DNA of 64,000 nucleotides, taken from positions 339,677 through 403,676 of the forward strand of contig NC_068992.1 of NCBI RefSeq assembly GCF_001194135.2, given 5' to 3'. This DNA comes from Octopus bimaculoides. Its lineage: Eukaryota. Shown here in pieces: positions 12,004-25,034 of this stretch. Below the pieces are notes generated by a model. It ran no database searches. It saw only the letters and a list, made by a program, of their open reading frames with translations, and had not been told where the DNA came from. Positions within the stretch are counted from its first letter, which is position 1. Each line of letters opens with the position of its first letter. The position numbers and the translations under genes were made by a program.

Positions 12004-12545
12004 TTAGGGTGTAGAAGTGGTAGTGGTTGTTGTTGTTGTTGTTGTAGTTGTCATGATTATTGTGGTGGAGTGATGATTGCTGAAGTGTGAGGGCTGGTTG
12101 TGGTGGTGGTTGTGGTTGTTGTGGTAGTAGTGGTGGTGGTGGTGGTTGTGGTGATGGTGGTGATTGGGGTCATTGTTGTAGTGGTGATGTTTGTGGTGGT
12201 GGTGGTGATGATGGTTGTGGTGGTGGTGGTGGTGGTGGTTGTTGCTGTGGTGGTGGTTGTGGCAGTGGTGGTTGAGGTGGTTGTGTTGGTGGTGGTTGTG
12301 GTGGTAGTGGTGGTGGTGGTAGTGGTGGTGGTGATGGTGGTGGTGGGGGTTTTGTGATAGTAGTGGTGGTTGTTGTGGTATTGACAATAATTGTTGTTGT
12401 TGTGGTGATGGTGGTGGTGGTGGTGTTGATAGTGTTTGTTGTGTTTGTGGTTGTCAAGATAAGGTAGTTGTCCAGTTACTACAGCTGTCAAGGTGTCCTG
12501 GTTGTTAAAGTGATGTTGTTGTGATCTGATTGTTGTTGTTGTTGT
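12004..12545 (+). repeat. (GGT)n/(GTT)n low-complexity tract
   Basis: Source of the poly-H/T/V/P/G pseudo-ORFs in the track. Confidence 0.95.
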
Positions 12546-13901
12546 TGTCATAGCAGTTACCGATTTGTCATTGGTTGTCTTTTAGATGCGATGAGTGATG
12601 GTTATGGGCGCCATACCAGTCTCCTGCTACAACCATTTCATACTTTTTGCCTACTTTGGATTGACAACGACAATTTGTTGAAGATAATTACTTTGCCTCG
12701 TTTCTTCCTTTCCCTCTTCCTTCCTTCGTTTGTATTTCTCTTTCCACCAGAAACCTATCAACCATTTATTATTGATCTTAAAAAACTCAATAGTCATTAC
12801 GACATCTTACACTGTTCTTTTGTTTTGCTTTTTGTTTTGTCTTGGTTGTAAGTTTGCTTTTTGACAATTTTTCTTTTACTTTTTTTTGTTTTCCTTTTAT
12901 TTCTTTATTGAACACATGACCCAATCAATAAAGTATTGATATCTTCAGACTCAGTGATGCAGCTTAGTATCTCAAGCAAATATTATCTATCTTCAATGGA
13001 AGTCACTGCATTCACTACCATTTGATCAGTCTGTTGTTGTTGTTGTTGTTCATGTTGTTCTTTGTGTTATTTCCTTTCCTTTATACAGTTGTATAGAAGG
13101 AGATTATATTTAGAAATGAGTTACAACTAGTCATCTGCTATCCTAATGTATTTTATACTAATTTTGTTTACCACTTGCAGGAGATATTTTATATTCTTCT
13201 CAATAATCTAGTTGTCCCTTACAGAATGGTTATTTTCAAGGTCTTTTATCCTAATATTAAACATATTTAACCATTCGTCTAACCTGTTTGTGGCCACATT
13301 GTTTTCTTTTTCTTTTTACCAGTGGACTTATTAGCTAATCTTATCATGTCATTTCACATATTCAGCTTAAAGCAGTGAGCTGGCAGAACCGTCAACACAC
13401 TGAGCAAAATGCTTAGCGGTATTTCATCTGTCTTTATGTTCTGAGTTCAAATTCCACCAAGGTTGACCCAGGATATACCAGCAAACAGCAGCTGCAGCAA
13501 CACGCTGCTTTGACACACGCCCCCACTTCTGACCTGCTTCTGTTTGATTGATAATTCTAAGAGTAGCTTTATGATTAGTTACCAATGATGGCATTGGTGG
13601 GAATGTTGGTTGCAGTGATTGGTTATCATTGACCCTTTAAGTTATGAGTTCAAACTCTGTCTAGGCCAACTTTGCCCTTCATCCTTTTGGGGTAAAAAAA
13701 AAACAAGTACCAGTCAAGTACTGGAGTTGATAGTATTGCCTGATTCCTGCCTCACAAAATTGCTGGTCTTGTGCCAAAATTCGAAACCATTATTGACTGT
13801 ACATTTTAATTGACGTGCCTAGCTGCCATTTTATAAGATATAATTTTGCAGTATTCATGGTGGTTTTGACAAATGTATTTTTAAAGTTTTCTTTTTTATA
13901 G

Positions 13902-14053
13902 CTTGCTGTTCACAATGGGTGGTGCTTCTGCGGTAATGAAGAAATCATACATCTTGATCTGGAGTACAGCAATGGTTCAAATGGCCAGTCTCCAAGTCCT
14001 GCTCCCAGGCCAAGAAGTAGCTACCGGAGGAAATATTCTCTGACGTCAAATGG
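13902..14053 (+). CDS. NPHP4: NPHP4 exon (LAVHNGWCFCGNEEIIHLDLEY...SLTSN)
   Basis: ttttatag| acceptor; resembles human VGVHNGLGF. Donor GG|gtatgg chosen because it gives phase 2, matching the next exon. Confidence 0.88.
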
Positions 14054-14267
14054 GTATGGAAATTCATTGGATATTTCGGAAATAGGTTAATCAAAATAAG
14101 TTTCAAGTCTGCAGCCATACTGGAGCACCGGAATGTAATCAACCCCAGTGCTAATTTTTGATTTTAAGTCTGGTACTTATTCTATCGGTCTCTTTTGCCA
14201 AACTGCAAAAGTTATGGGGCTGTAAACAAACCAACACCAGTTGTCAAATGGTGGTGGCAGACAAACT

Positions 14268-14300
<33 letters not shown>

Positions 14301-14836
14301 CAAAACAGGAAGTTTGAAAGTTTATTGGAATCATTTATTCACCATTACACATGTTCCATTTGCTAATAGGAATTACAGGATTTTACATGTTAGGTAGATA
14401 TGTCCATTTGCTAATAGGAATTACANNNNNNNNNNTTTTACATGTTAGGTAGATATGTCCATTTGCTAATAGGAATTACAGGATTTTACATGTTAGGTAG
14501 ATATGTAAGGAATTTTGTATTAGAAATTCTTCAGACAGAGAAATTAAATGATAAATATTTTACAATTTAGATGCAGTGTTTATATTTAGTTAGTAATCAG
14601 GAGTAGTTGAGGCAGTTTGGGTGGAAGCAGAAAGAGCAAATCAAATATCACTGTAAAAAGAATGGAAGAGAGTTACGCACTCATATACACACATACCAAA
14701 CACATATACTCATACGTGCATACATGCACATACACACACACATATGCATAATACAAAATCATGCACTTGTACAGATTCAGATAGATAAAGACAAGTCTCA
14801 ATATGTTGATCTTTACAAACATACTTATATATACCA

Positions 14837-14874
<38 letters not shown>

Positions 14875-14975
14875 CCACACACATACACATATACATATAT
14901 ATATGCATGCACATGCACTTACATAGGCATTATATGCGCACACACCCACTTAGACATATATATATATATAATATA

Positions 14976-15680
14976 CAGGGTGCAGTGAATATATTGTCAT
15001 CTAAATTGCGCAAAAATTAGAAAAGCACTGACATCTCATTTTAGCAGGTATATTTTACCAAAATTACATAAAAATATATTGAAATACTGAAGAGTGAATT
15101 TATTGAATAAAATTGCCATTGATTTCAACTGCGGCTTCCACACAACTTCGGATCTCCTGCAACTCTTCTGGATGGTCTCCTTGTTTAAGTTGGTGAATGC
15201 TGCTATAATCCTTGCCTTCAGTTCATCTTTGGTGTTGCAAGGAGTTTTGTTGGTCTCTTGCTAAACTGCACTCTGCACATAATAATCAAGGGGGTTGCAG
15301 TCTGGGGAGTTAGGTGGCCAGATGTTAGGGGTGGTGTGGTCGCAGAAATTGTCTGACTGCCATGACTGGGTTCTCCTACTTGCGTGGAATGGTGCAGAGT
15401 CCTGGTGCCAGACACTGGGTCTTTGAATAGCCATCCTCTTGACCAGGGGCAGCACTACCTCGTCCAGTCACTTGATGTAGGCCTCCATGTTGAGTCTGAG
15501 GCTGTGTGGGCAGATGAATGGAGGCATAATGTCACCAGAACTGGTGATCACCCCAAACACGATGATGTTGACTGGATGTTTGATTTTCATAACTCTCGGT
15601 AGATGTTTTGGGGACACTGCAAGCCAGCAGTTGTTCTGTGTGTTCATCTGTTTGTATTGGAGCTTCTGGCACAAATGCTA
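14976..15680 (-). mobile_element. Degenerate Tc1/mariner-superfamily transposon, DD37D (maT) type, 3' half
   Basis: Minus frames give IIVFGVITSSG..WHQDSAPFH..WPPNSPDCNPLDY with 37 residues between the last two Asp; several stops; TA|CAGGGTG terminus at 14976. Confidence 0.9.
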
Positions 15681-16214
15681 AGCAGGACAGCATGTCATTC
15701 CCAAATTTCTGGCAAAGTAAATTGCATCACAGTGCTGTTTTTCTCATAGACAGTGTCCAACTGACCCTACTATATATTGAAATGTGTATAGATATGACAT
15801 GCTTCTTTCAGTTTTTATCTTCCATATCCACTTACAAAGCTTTGGTTGACCTTGGGTTATAGTAGAAGACACTTACCCATGTTGCCATGCAGTGGGACTA
15901 AATGTGGAATCATGTGTTTGGGAAGCAAGCTTCTTACCACACAGCCATGCCACATAGAGCCCTCCTCAGGTGCTTACAATATCTCTGAAGGTGTACTGAT
16001 ATCTGGTTTAAGACCTACTGGTGTGAAAGAAAAGAAAATTTGTATAAGTTTTTGTGAGCTCACTGTTACTCAGTATTAGCAAGAGGTTAAACAATGATGC
16101 ATTTTTGTGTGATACGAGGGGATGATTTACTCATCCTCACAATTCAGTCCTCTGTGTCACTCTGATACTATTATTCAGACTTTTCTTTTCTTTTCCTTTA
16201 AATCTGGAATTCAG

Positions 16215-16347
16215 GTCTTCAAATGCTGTTGGATTAGTGCTGAGATCCCCATGCTATGTTAAGGATCTTTTTGACTCACCTGACTGTTCTGTGGTTCTAT
16301 CTTTGGAGTATGTTATCTCTGAACCAATGATGGAAGAACACATGAAA
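16215..16347 (+). CDS. NPHP4: NPHP4 exon (SSNAVGLVLRSPCYVKDLFDSPDCSVVLSLEYVISEPMMEEHMK)
   Basis: ttcag| acceptor, AAA|gtaaga donor; resembles human ALVLRSRLRL..AVIFQLEYVFSSP. Phase 2 to 0. Confidence 0.92.
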
Positions 16348-19121
16348 GTAAGAATATAATTTTTCTAAAATAATGTATTTGGAGAATTTGTGAATTTTCC
16401 TTCTCTTTTCTTCTTTTATAATTTTTTCGCCATCATTATCGTTATTTTTGGCTAATTGCAGAGGGAGCCTGTGGAAGGGGTAGACCCAGTAAGACATGGG
16501 ACAAAGTGGTGAGAAAGGATTTTCAGATGTTGGGCCTCAATGAGGAAATAACGAAGGACTGAAACTTCTGGTGATTTGCTTACTTCAGCAGACATGTCAA
16601 ACTAAGTAAAACCATGACCATCCATATATACAGGGATGTCTTTATGGTCATGTGGATTGCACTTGTGCTGGTGCCATGTGAATGACTCATACTGGTAGCA
16701 TGTTAAAAGCACCCAACATACTCTGTAAAGTGGCTGGCACTAGGAAGGGCATCCAGCTGCAGAAACCATGCCAAAACAGACCATTGGAGTCTGGACGACT
16801 CTCCTGTAAAACCGTCCAACCCATGCCAGCATGGAATACAGATGTTAAACAATGATAATGATGATGATGGTGATTGAATACAACAACAACAAGAATAAGA
16901 ATTATAATAATATTTAAAATTTTGTCCCAAGGTCAGCAATTCTAAGAAAGGTGGATAAGTCAATTACATCAACCTTAGTATTTTACTGGTACATTATTTT
17001 ATCGACCCTGAAAAGACAAACGGGGTAAAGATGGCTTTGGTGGTATTTGAACTCAGAGCATAAGGAGCTGGAAGACATGCTGTTAAGTATTTTGTCCAGT
17101 GGTGTAACTGCCACAATTCGGGTGACAGATGAGGGAGGATATTACAAGGAGAAATGAAAGTGCTTGACCAGGTCTTACATTATTGATTTTGAATGGATGA
17201 AAAGTAAAGTTGACTAATGATTTCTGAATTAGACACAGGAGCATCAGTTTTGAAGAGACTGGTACTTTATTCTATTGGCCCCAGAGAGGGAATAAATGGA
17301 AAAGTTGATCCCAGTAAGATTTCAACTCTGATTGTAAAGAGTTAGAATGAATATTATGAAGTAAAATCCTTTCTACTAAAGGCACAAGACCTGAAATTTT
17401 GGGGTTAGTGGGTTACATTGATCCCTGATATTTTATTGACCCTAAAAGAATGAAATGTAATGATGACTTCAGCAGAATTTGAACTCCAAACCTATAGCTC
17501 GAAGAAATGCCATTAAGTATTTTACTCAATATGCTAACAAGTCTGCCAGCAGCAGCAGCAGCTGCTGCTGCTGCTGATGATGATGATGATACGAAGAAGA
17601 AGAAGAAGAAGAAGAAGAAGAAGAAGAAGAATGATGCACTTTATTGTCATCTTTTTTTTTTTTAAATTAATTCAAATATTAATAATTCAATTTAATTGAT
17701 GCAGAAAGCATGAGAATTAATGAGATGAAAATCATTATCCTCATTATCATCACAAACAGTGTTTTAATGTCTGTTTTTTCCCCATGTTGATAAGGGTTGC
17801 AGTACAATACATTACCATTCCTCTGAGTTCTATGTTATATCTTATCTGTGAGAGAGCAACATCATCAGGTCTCATCTCAGCACTCCTGTCTTTGGCCTCC
17901 TTTTCTTTTGGCTTCCTTCCACTGTCAACTCAACGTACATTCCTGCGCACTAACTTTTCTTCTCACCTGGACTGATATCTTTAATAATCAGCAGTTGTCT
18001 TTGATTACTTATACCCAACATTTCATTACAGCTAATGTAGCACATTCAGCATCGGGTGTTTCAAGATCAGGTGTTTTGAGATGATGCAGCCATGGTCATG
18101 TGGTCAAGAAGTTTGTTTTCCAAACACTTGGTTTTTGGGTTCAGTCCCATGACATTTTAGGCAAGTGTCTTCTACTATAGATCCAGCCAACTAAAGCCTA
18201 GTGAGTGGATTTAGTAGGTGGAAACTGGGAGAAGCCTCTGTGTGTGTGTGTGTTTGCCAGCATAGAAAATAGACATTAAATGATGATAATGATGATGAGG
18301 ATGATAATCCTCATCTTTTAACATCTGTTTACCCTGCTGGCATGGGTTAGATCAGAGGGTCGGCAAATCAGGGTAAATTATCCAAAGTAGGGTAAAAATG
18401 AAATTCTTGGGGGTAATGAGGATTCATTGGACATAAGTAAAATTATATAAAAAACGTGTTCCTTGTTATGACAAATTATTCTTCTGGCAACCCTGCATCT
18501 GTCCAATGTAATGGACATGTTTAGGAAACGTCACACCATTTTGAACCACAAACAACTTGGTTGCTAAGGCGTTGTCAGCATCATTTCTCTGAAACCTGAA
18601 GTGAAAAAGTTTCTAGAGAAGTCCTTTTGTTTCATAATGAGGATATTAAAGTATTTTATCGCATTTGTTTTATACTTTTAATATTTAGAATTGTATTCTC
18701 CAAATAAATAAATTCAATAAACCTGGAAGGATGAAAGGCAAAGTTGACCTGAATGGAATTTGAACTCTTGAGCATAAAGATGGACGAAATGCTGCTAAAC
18801 ATTTTGCCCGGCTTTCTCATGATTCTTATTTCTTTATTGCCCACAAGGGGGCTAAACATAGAGGGGACAAACAAGGACAGACAAACGGGTTAAGTCGATT
18901 ACATCAACCCCAGTTCTCAACTGGTACTTAATTTATCGACCCTGAAAGGATGAAAGGCAAAGTGGACCTCGGCGGAATTTGAACTCAGAACGTAACGGCA
19001 GACAAAATACAGCTAAGTATTTCGCCCGGCTTGCTAATGATTCTGCCAGCTCACAACCTTTGTTAGTGCAAATATTGACTTCACCTTCTTGCAGAGGACA
19101 TGTACATAATGTGATTGATAT

Positions 19122-19231
<110 letters not shown>

Positions 19232-19657
19232 CAACATAACAAACTGCAATGTTTCATGTTATTCCTGATTATTTCCAGCTGGTATAAATATCAGGTCAAA
19301 GACGTGTTCTCTCTACATATAGAATATGGCATGTTTGATTATGGCGAGAGTCTGTAGATTCATTACTCTCACTGCCATTCTGATTGTTTTCAGGTTTCCA
19401 TTCAATATTCTTTGCATATCGTTAATGCCATATTTTCAAAACTGTTTCTGCTTGGTAACCATAAAATTCTAAAACATTTTTTTCTTCTTATTTTGAAATG
19501 CTGAACAGAAAATATAATATTGTTGTTGTTGATTAACCCTAGGTCGTTCCTGATTGAGTAGGTCTATGATCAAAGGCAGTGTTAGCATGACCAGCCCATT
19601 TATTTCCCCAGTATATCTAAGACTTAATTAAAGCTTAATTAACACACACATCCACCC

Positions 19658-19838
19658 ATGCTTTTGCACCCACCCATGCTCATGCACACAATCATGCTTG
19701 CGCATACACATATACGCATGCCTGCACTTGTGTGCACATACAGCCACACCCACACACATACACACCTACTCACACATCTACACAAACACACACACACACA
19801 TACACACACATGCTCTCACATACACACACCTATGCTCG

Positions 19839-19869
<31 letters not shown>

Positions 19870-20010
19870 ACACTCATTCTCACTTGCATGCGCATACTCG
19901 CACCCCCCCACACTTACATGCACACCAACATTTGCACACACACCCATGCTCACATGCACACATAACCATTCTAACTCATACTTACACCCCACCCCCACCC
20001 CTGCCAGCAT
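19658..20010 (+). repeat. CA-rich degenerate microsatellite
   Basis: Interrupted (CA)n. Other long (CA)n, (GA)n, (TA)n, (CAT)n and (AAT)n tracts occur throughout, e.g. 19123-19228, 34785-35009, 58959-59086. Confidence 0.95.
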
Positions 20011-21982
20011 GCACAAAAAAAATCCGGAGGAAGTGAAGTTGGTTTTTATCAGTAGAAATTATAAAGTGAATTCGATGAGTTTGGATAAGTTTTTGGGCTG
20101 GAGGGGGGGGGGAGAAGAGGAATCTTACACGTTTGGATTGTCCTCCCATTTGAGAAACAGCTATTGTTTTCAGCTCTTTGAATCAGCCAGAGATTTAATT
20201 TAGAAGATCCGGTTCCTGTTCTACTCATGGCATGCAAACTTATGGAAACTCATGAATTAGGACTAAATTATTCATCTTAAATTGGTGGGGGTGGTCTTTT
20301 TTGCCAATATCTTTAGCTTTATAAGAACTCACTTATTGGTTTAGTTGTTTGTTGTAGAAGATAAATGGCCCTCTGTCAGTCGCAACATGAGTGTTCCAGT
20401 TGATCTGGTCAATGGAACAGCCTGCTTGTGAAATGAAAGGGTAAGTGGCTGAGCACTCCACAGACATGCACACTCTTTACATAGTTGTCAGGGAGATCCA
20501 ACATGACACAGAATGTGGCAAGGTTGGCCCTTTGAATTACAGGTACTATTCATTTTAGCCAGCTGAGCGAACTCGAGCAATAAGAAATAAAAATAAAACA
20601 TCTTGCTGAAGCCCACAATGCACTGCTAGGAATCGGACTCATGACCTTACGATTGTGAGCTGAGTACCCGAACCACTAAGCCATGTACCTTCATGTTGTA
20701 GAGGTGTTCCTAGTTGTCAGTGGTCTTGCACTGACTATTAACGGTATCAACCAGAACAACAGAAGCCAATCGTTATCTGACATGCAAACGAGCTTTATGC
20801 TTCAGAAAATACTTCAGCTGCTGACTTTTCCCAAAGCATGAATTCATACTTCATTGCTTCTGAGTTCAGTCGTCTGTAACTAAACCTTCCATTACGCATG
20901 TTGGTGACATAGATGTTGGTTATTTTTGCCATCATTGTATTTAACACAAATAGTATCCATTTTGTCTTCACTTATCTGCCTGTTAGACAAGTCTTCGCTC
21001 AATAATTACGTTACAGCAATAACTGATTCATTGAACTGCAACCTATCTTCCATCGCCACCACCACCACTACTACTACTACTGCTGCTACTGCTGCTATTG
21101 CTATAGTTTCTGCTTCTCTGAACATTGCCGACTCGGTAGCAACCATTACACAAACCTATTGAATGCATTTGCTTCTCTGTCCCCAATTTAGAACTGAACC
21201 TTATCTCTCTTTTCTCAAACTCGCTTACGACTCACACTTTTCCCCAATCCCTTTGTTTTTCTTACAATTGTTCACCCCTGGAAGGACTCCCTTTCTGTCT
21301 GTGTTTCTTTCCTCCCTCCAACCGACACCGATTCAGACTGAACATCACTGTCATTACCATCGCACACTTTTCCTTATCCACCTATCCATCCACCCACCCA
21401 TCCANNNNNNNNNNNNNNNNNNNNNNNNNNNNNNNNNNNNNNNNNNNNNNNNNNNNNNNNNNNNNNNNNNNNNNNNNNNNNNNNNNNNNNNNNNNNNNNN
21501 NNNNNNNNNNNNNNNNNNNNNNNNNNNNNNNNNNNNNNNNNNNCCATCCATTTTTTTTCCCCACCAAATATTCCTGGGGAGGGTTTTGCAGGGGTGGGAG
21601 TGAGTGGGTGAGGTGATTTAGAGCCCTCAGGCATCTCCTTTATTAGGTCTCCTTTCAGAAGCAGCTCATTACATTTTCCGGTTGGATTCATAAGCAGCTT
21701 TTACATTTGGTTAGTCTTCCAGTTTGAGAGGAACAAAAACCCGGAGGGTCGTGGGTGCTGCCCCTCCCTCCTTCACTAAATGATACTCTCTCCTACCACC
21801 TCCAGAGTATATATGCATATAAATATATACAGTATGTGCATGCTTGTGTGTGTGTTTGTGTACACACATACATGCACACACACACACACACTATGTATAA
21901 ATGTATACATAGCTTATATATAACTTCAGTTATAGATCCTATTTTTTGTTTCCTATTTTTGTTTCCTATTTTTTGTTTCCAG

Positions 21983-22234
21983 TTTGTTCGATCAATGCCA
22001 TGGGCTTTCAAAAGAGTCGTCCTTCTTCGATGGTGCATATGGAAACCATTTGACTCCTCAGCACCTGGTCAAGAAATGGTTGGGGATGTCCACGTGATCC
22101 CGTTTATTGCTGGACCCAGTCGAAATCCCGATGAAGTGTTTGTGTACAGGGGACCACTAACTGATATGTATGATAAGCACCTAGCTCGAATGGCCCCAGG
22201 AAATATCCAATTCTATGCTATGTTGCACACACAG
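21983..22234 (+). CDS. NPHP4: NPHP4 exon (FVRSMPWAFKRVVLLRWCIWKPF...GPSRNPDEVFVYRGP...IQFYAMLHTQ)
   Basis: tttccag| acceptor, CAG|gtatgt donor; resembles human MVRWAVWNP..GGIQPNPSHCLVYK..GTLRFQF. Phase 0 to 0. Confidence 0.93.
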
Positions 22235-22321
22235 GTATGTATTACCTAACAGGTATGTATTACCTAACAGGTATGTATTACCTAACAGGTATGCATTACC
22301 TAACAGGTATGTATTACCTAA
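22232..22321 (+). repeat. 18-bp tandem repeat x5 (CAGGTATGTATTACCTAA) starting at an NPHP4 splice donor
   Basis: Units start at 22232, 22250, 22268, 22286 (one T>C) and 22304. Confidence 0.95.
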
Positions 22322-23624
22322 CTACCGTATAATTTATTACAGGGGCTCCGTTTGGAAATGGATATCAATTTAAAAGTTGAACTGTTTTTGTATGTAGTTT
22401 GCCAAGAAACTGTCACAGTTTAGTGGCTGTGTGGTAAGTAGCTTGCTTATGAACCACATGGTTCCGGGTTCAGTCCCGCTGTGTGGCACCTTGGGCAATT
22501 ATCTTCTACTATAGCCTCGGGCCGACCAAAGCCTTGTGAGTGGATTTGGTCGATGGAAACTGAAAGAAGCCTGTCGTATATATGTATATATATATGTGTG
22601 TGTGTGTGTATGTTTGTGTGCCTGTGTAATTGGTATTACTTTGTGGGTGGTGATATTTTTGAGCTGTCAGTTGATGGAGTTGGTGCAGGTAAGGCATGAG
22701 GTGTCTTGGTTGCTTGTGAATAATGTTTGAGTGTTGAAGGTTAGGGAATTATGAAGGGTGGCACTATCTGTATAGGAGTGAGTATTGCTGGGATGTGTAG
22801 CATGTTGTTGATGGACAGTGTGAGAGGTAACGTTTTGGGGGAGTGGAATCTGCTTAACTGCAGGTACTTGGTGACCTTACTTGTGCCTTAATCTTTGTTG
22901 AAATAATGATTGTATCCATAATTTATGCATAAATAATGTATGTATCTCTAATATATGTTGATAATATGTATGGCTTTTCTGCACTGGGGTACAGACAGAG
23001 CTAACCGTTGAAGCTAATATGGTGAATCTTTACTTTTTATGGTTCCAGGTTGGTAGTTGGTGAGAGAAGTTGGGCAAGTAATGTGGTTGTTTGAGAGGAA
23101 CATCTTACCAATTCAATCATCTACATTCTCTGTGAGGAAGTTGGAGAACTATGTTTAGTAAATAGATAATATATGTTAATGATGGTTCTAATGAGGAAGA
23201 CACTGGTGTAATAAGAAATGTAGGATGTTAGCTGGGTTTGGATGCGGAGCTGTGCAGTTGTGTGGTATTATGTTACTAGGAAAGGAGGTGAGCTGGCAGA
23301 AACGTTAGTACGCCGGGTGAAATGCTTAGCGGTATTTCGTCTTGTCTTTACATTCTGAGTTCAAATTCCACTGAGGTCGACTTTGCCTTTCATCCTTTTG
23401 GGGTCGATAAATTAAGTACCAGATGCATACTGGGGTGAATCTAATCGACTGGCTCCCTCCCACAAAATTTCGGGTCTTATGCCTAGAGTAGAAGAGACTA
23501 TGTTACTAGGAAAGGACTAAGATAGTGTTGCAGTGTTTTTTGTTGTTGTTTTTATTTTCTTTGTTTTTGTTTGAATTCTTTCTTTTCATATTTCTTTTTC
23601 TTTTTTTCTTTCTCCTTCAATAAG

Positions 23625-23713
23625 AACCAAAGTGAAGGGTCTGGTTCTGTTGGAGAACTTCAAGCCAAGATAAAGAATGCAGCCATTCCACCTTTACCTG
23701 TAAAGTCTTCCAG
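23625..23713 (+). CDS. NPHP4: Probable NPHP4 exon, poorly conserved Pro/Ser-rich linker (NQSEGSGSVGELQAKIKNAAIPPLPVKSS)
   Basis: Long pyrimidine tract plus taag| acceptor, AG|gtatat donor. It supplies the phase 0-to-2 bridge the flanking exons need; no recognisable homology. Confidence 0.7.
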
Positions 23714-23841
23714 GTATATTATTGAACATTATATATTCTTTTATTCTTTTACTTGTTTCAGTCATTTAACTGTGGCCATGCTGGAGCACTGCCTTTAGTC
23801 AAGCAAATCAACCCCTGAACTTATTCTTTGTAAACCTAGTA

Positions 23842-24160
23842 GGAAGTTCCACCTTTTCACACACCCCACTTTGGACTTTTCCAGGAAGTTCTTCCTCCCC
23901 TTCCTCCTCTGGAACCCCTCGTCTTTGGAGTTTTCCAGGAAGTTCCACCTTTTCACCCCCTCCTTGGCCTTTTCCTGGAAGTCATTCCTTTCCTTCCTCC
24001 CCTTCTCCCTCTCAACTCCCTCTCCTTGGAATTTTCCAGGAAGTTCTCCCTTTTTACCCCTTCCTCGGACTTTTACTTCATCCCCTCCTCTCCGTCTCCC
24101 TCTCAATTCACCCTACTTGGAATTTTCCAGGAAGTTCCCCTTTTTCACCCCTGCATTCTA
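23842..24160 (+). repeat. Degenerate pyrimidine-rich minisatellite with recurrent TTGGA(A/C/G)TTTTCCAGGAAGTTC
   Basis: The motif recurs 5 times at irregular spacing. Confidence 0.8.
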
Positions 24161-24441
24161 TGTTAATGGTTTTTACTGGGCAAAAAGGGGGTGAATCTTA
24201 GATCATCTGAGGAGCCATAACCCACCCCAGTTTCATCCTGGTTGGTCAATTTATTGACCAATCATGTGAAGCTGTGGTGGCTCACTCATGATCCTGAAAT
24301 GAATATCTTGTGGTTGGGCTTCAAATGACAAAAGATGGATTGAATAAGGAAGGAATTGTAAGTCTTTATTATTGTGCTCCATATCATTGATTTTGTTTTT
24401 TTTCCATGTAAAAGCTAAACCATGCAAACTTTTTCTTCCAG

Positions 24442-24754
24442 TAGACAAGTGCCTTCAAACAAAGCTGTGGATGTTTCTGCTGTCAACCAGACTGTAAAAA
24501 GCCATCAACCTGTAGCCCGTCCAAGCTACCAGACCAACACTGCCATTTCACAGATGTCAGCAGTTCCTTATGGAATGGTGCCTGTTGCACCGGTATCAGT
24601 TTATCAGCACCAACCCCAGTTGGTTCCAGCACCTGTCACACCAGTGACCCTTTATCAGCAGCAGTTGGCACCATCGCCTGCGTTTCATTACAGTCATCCT
24701 GTCAAGCAAAACATGGTGTCTGTGGCTGGTGGCCAAGTATCAGAAGTAACTCAG
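24442..24754 (+). CDS. NPHP4: NPHP4 exon, Q/P/V-rich low-complexity linker (RQVPSNKAV...SEVTQ)
   Basis: ttccag| acceptor (tandem CAGTAG), CAG|gttagt donor; open frame; same position as the human Pro-rich region. Phase 2 to 0. Confidence 0.82.
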
Positions 24755-25034
24755 GTTAGTCAACAGAACTCACGTACATTTGAACACACGCACACACACA
24801 TACTTGAACACACACACACTTGAACATGCACATACTCAACTCACACATGCACACACTCTTGCATACACACAAGCTCACACACACACACACACACACCCAC
24901 ATACTCGAACATCCACCCACACACACACTTGAACATGCACATATGCACACATGCTGTCTTCTATATGCATTTGCCTGTCTGTGTCATTCATCTTAGGTCT
25001 TCTCTATATCAGTCTTGTATTTTCTTGTTAACAG

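Noticed and set aside
12004-12551. Poly-His/Thr/Val/Pro ORFs
   Set aside because: Trinucleotide low-complexity DNA is open in every frame. The same applies to the HT/CV/RE/SL dinucleotide ORFs throughout the window.
12905-12950. CUGAAGA followed by a hairpin on the - strand
   Set aside because: No GAAA follows stem II, so it is not a hammerhead. The CUGAUGA matches at 39510(-), 51811 and 52124 fail the same test.
14351-14505. Roughly 49-bp tandem repeat (about 3 copies)
   Set aside because: It straddles a 10-N gap and may be a scaffolding duplication. It has no unique spacers, so it is not CRISPR-like.
22620-23260. Possible old CR1/L2 remnants (also about 45280-45650)
   Set aside because: Too degenerate to give a diagnostic motif by eye.
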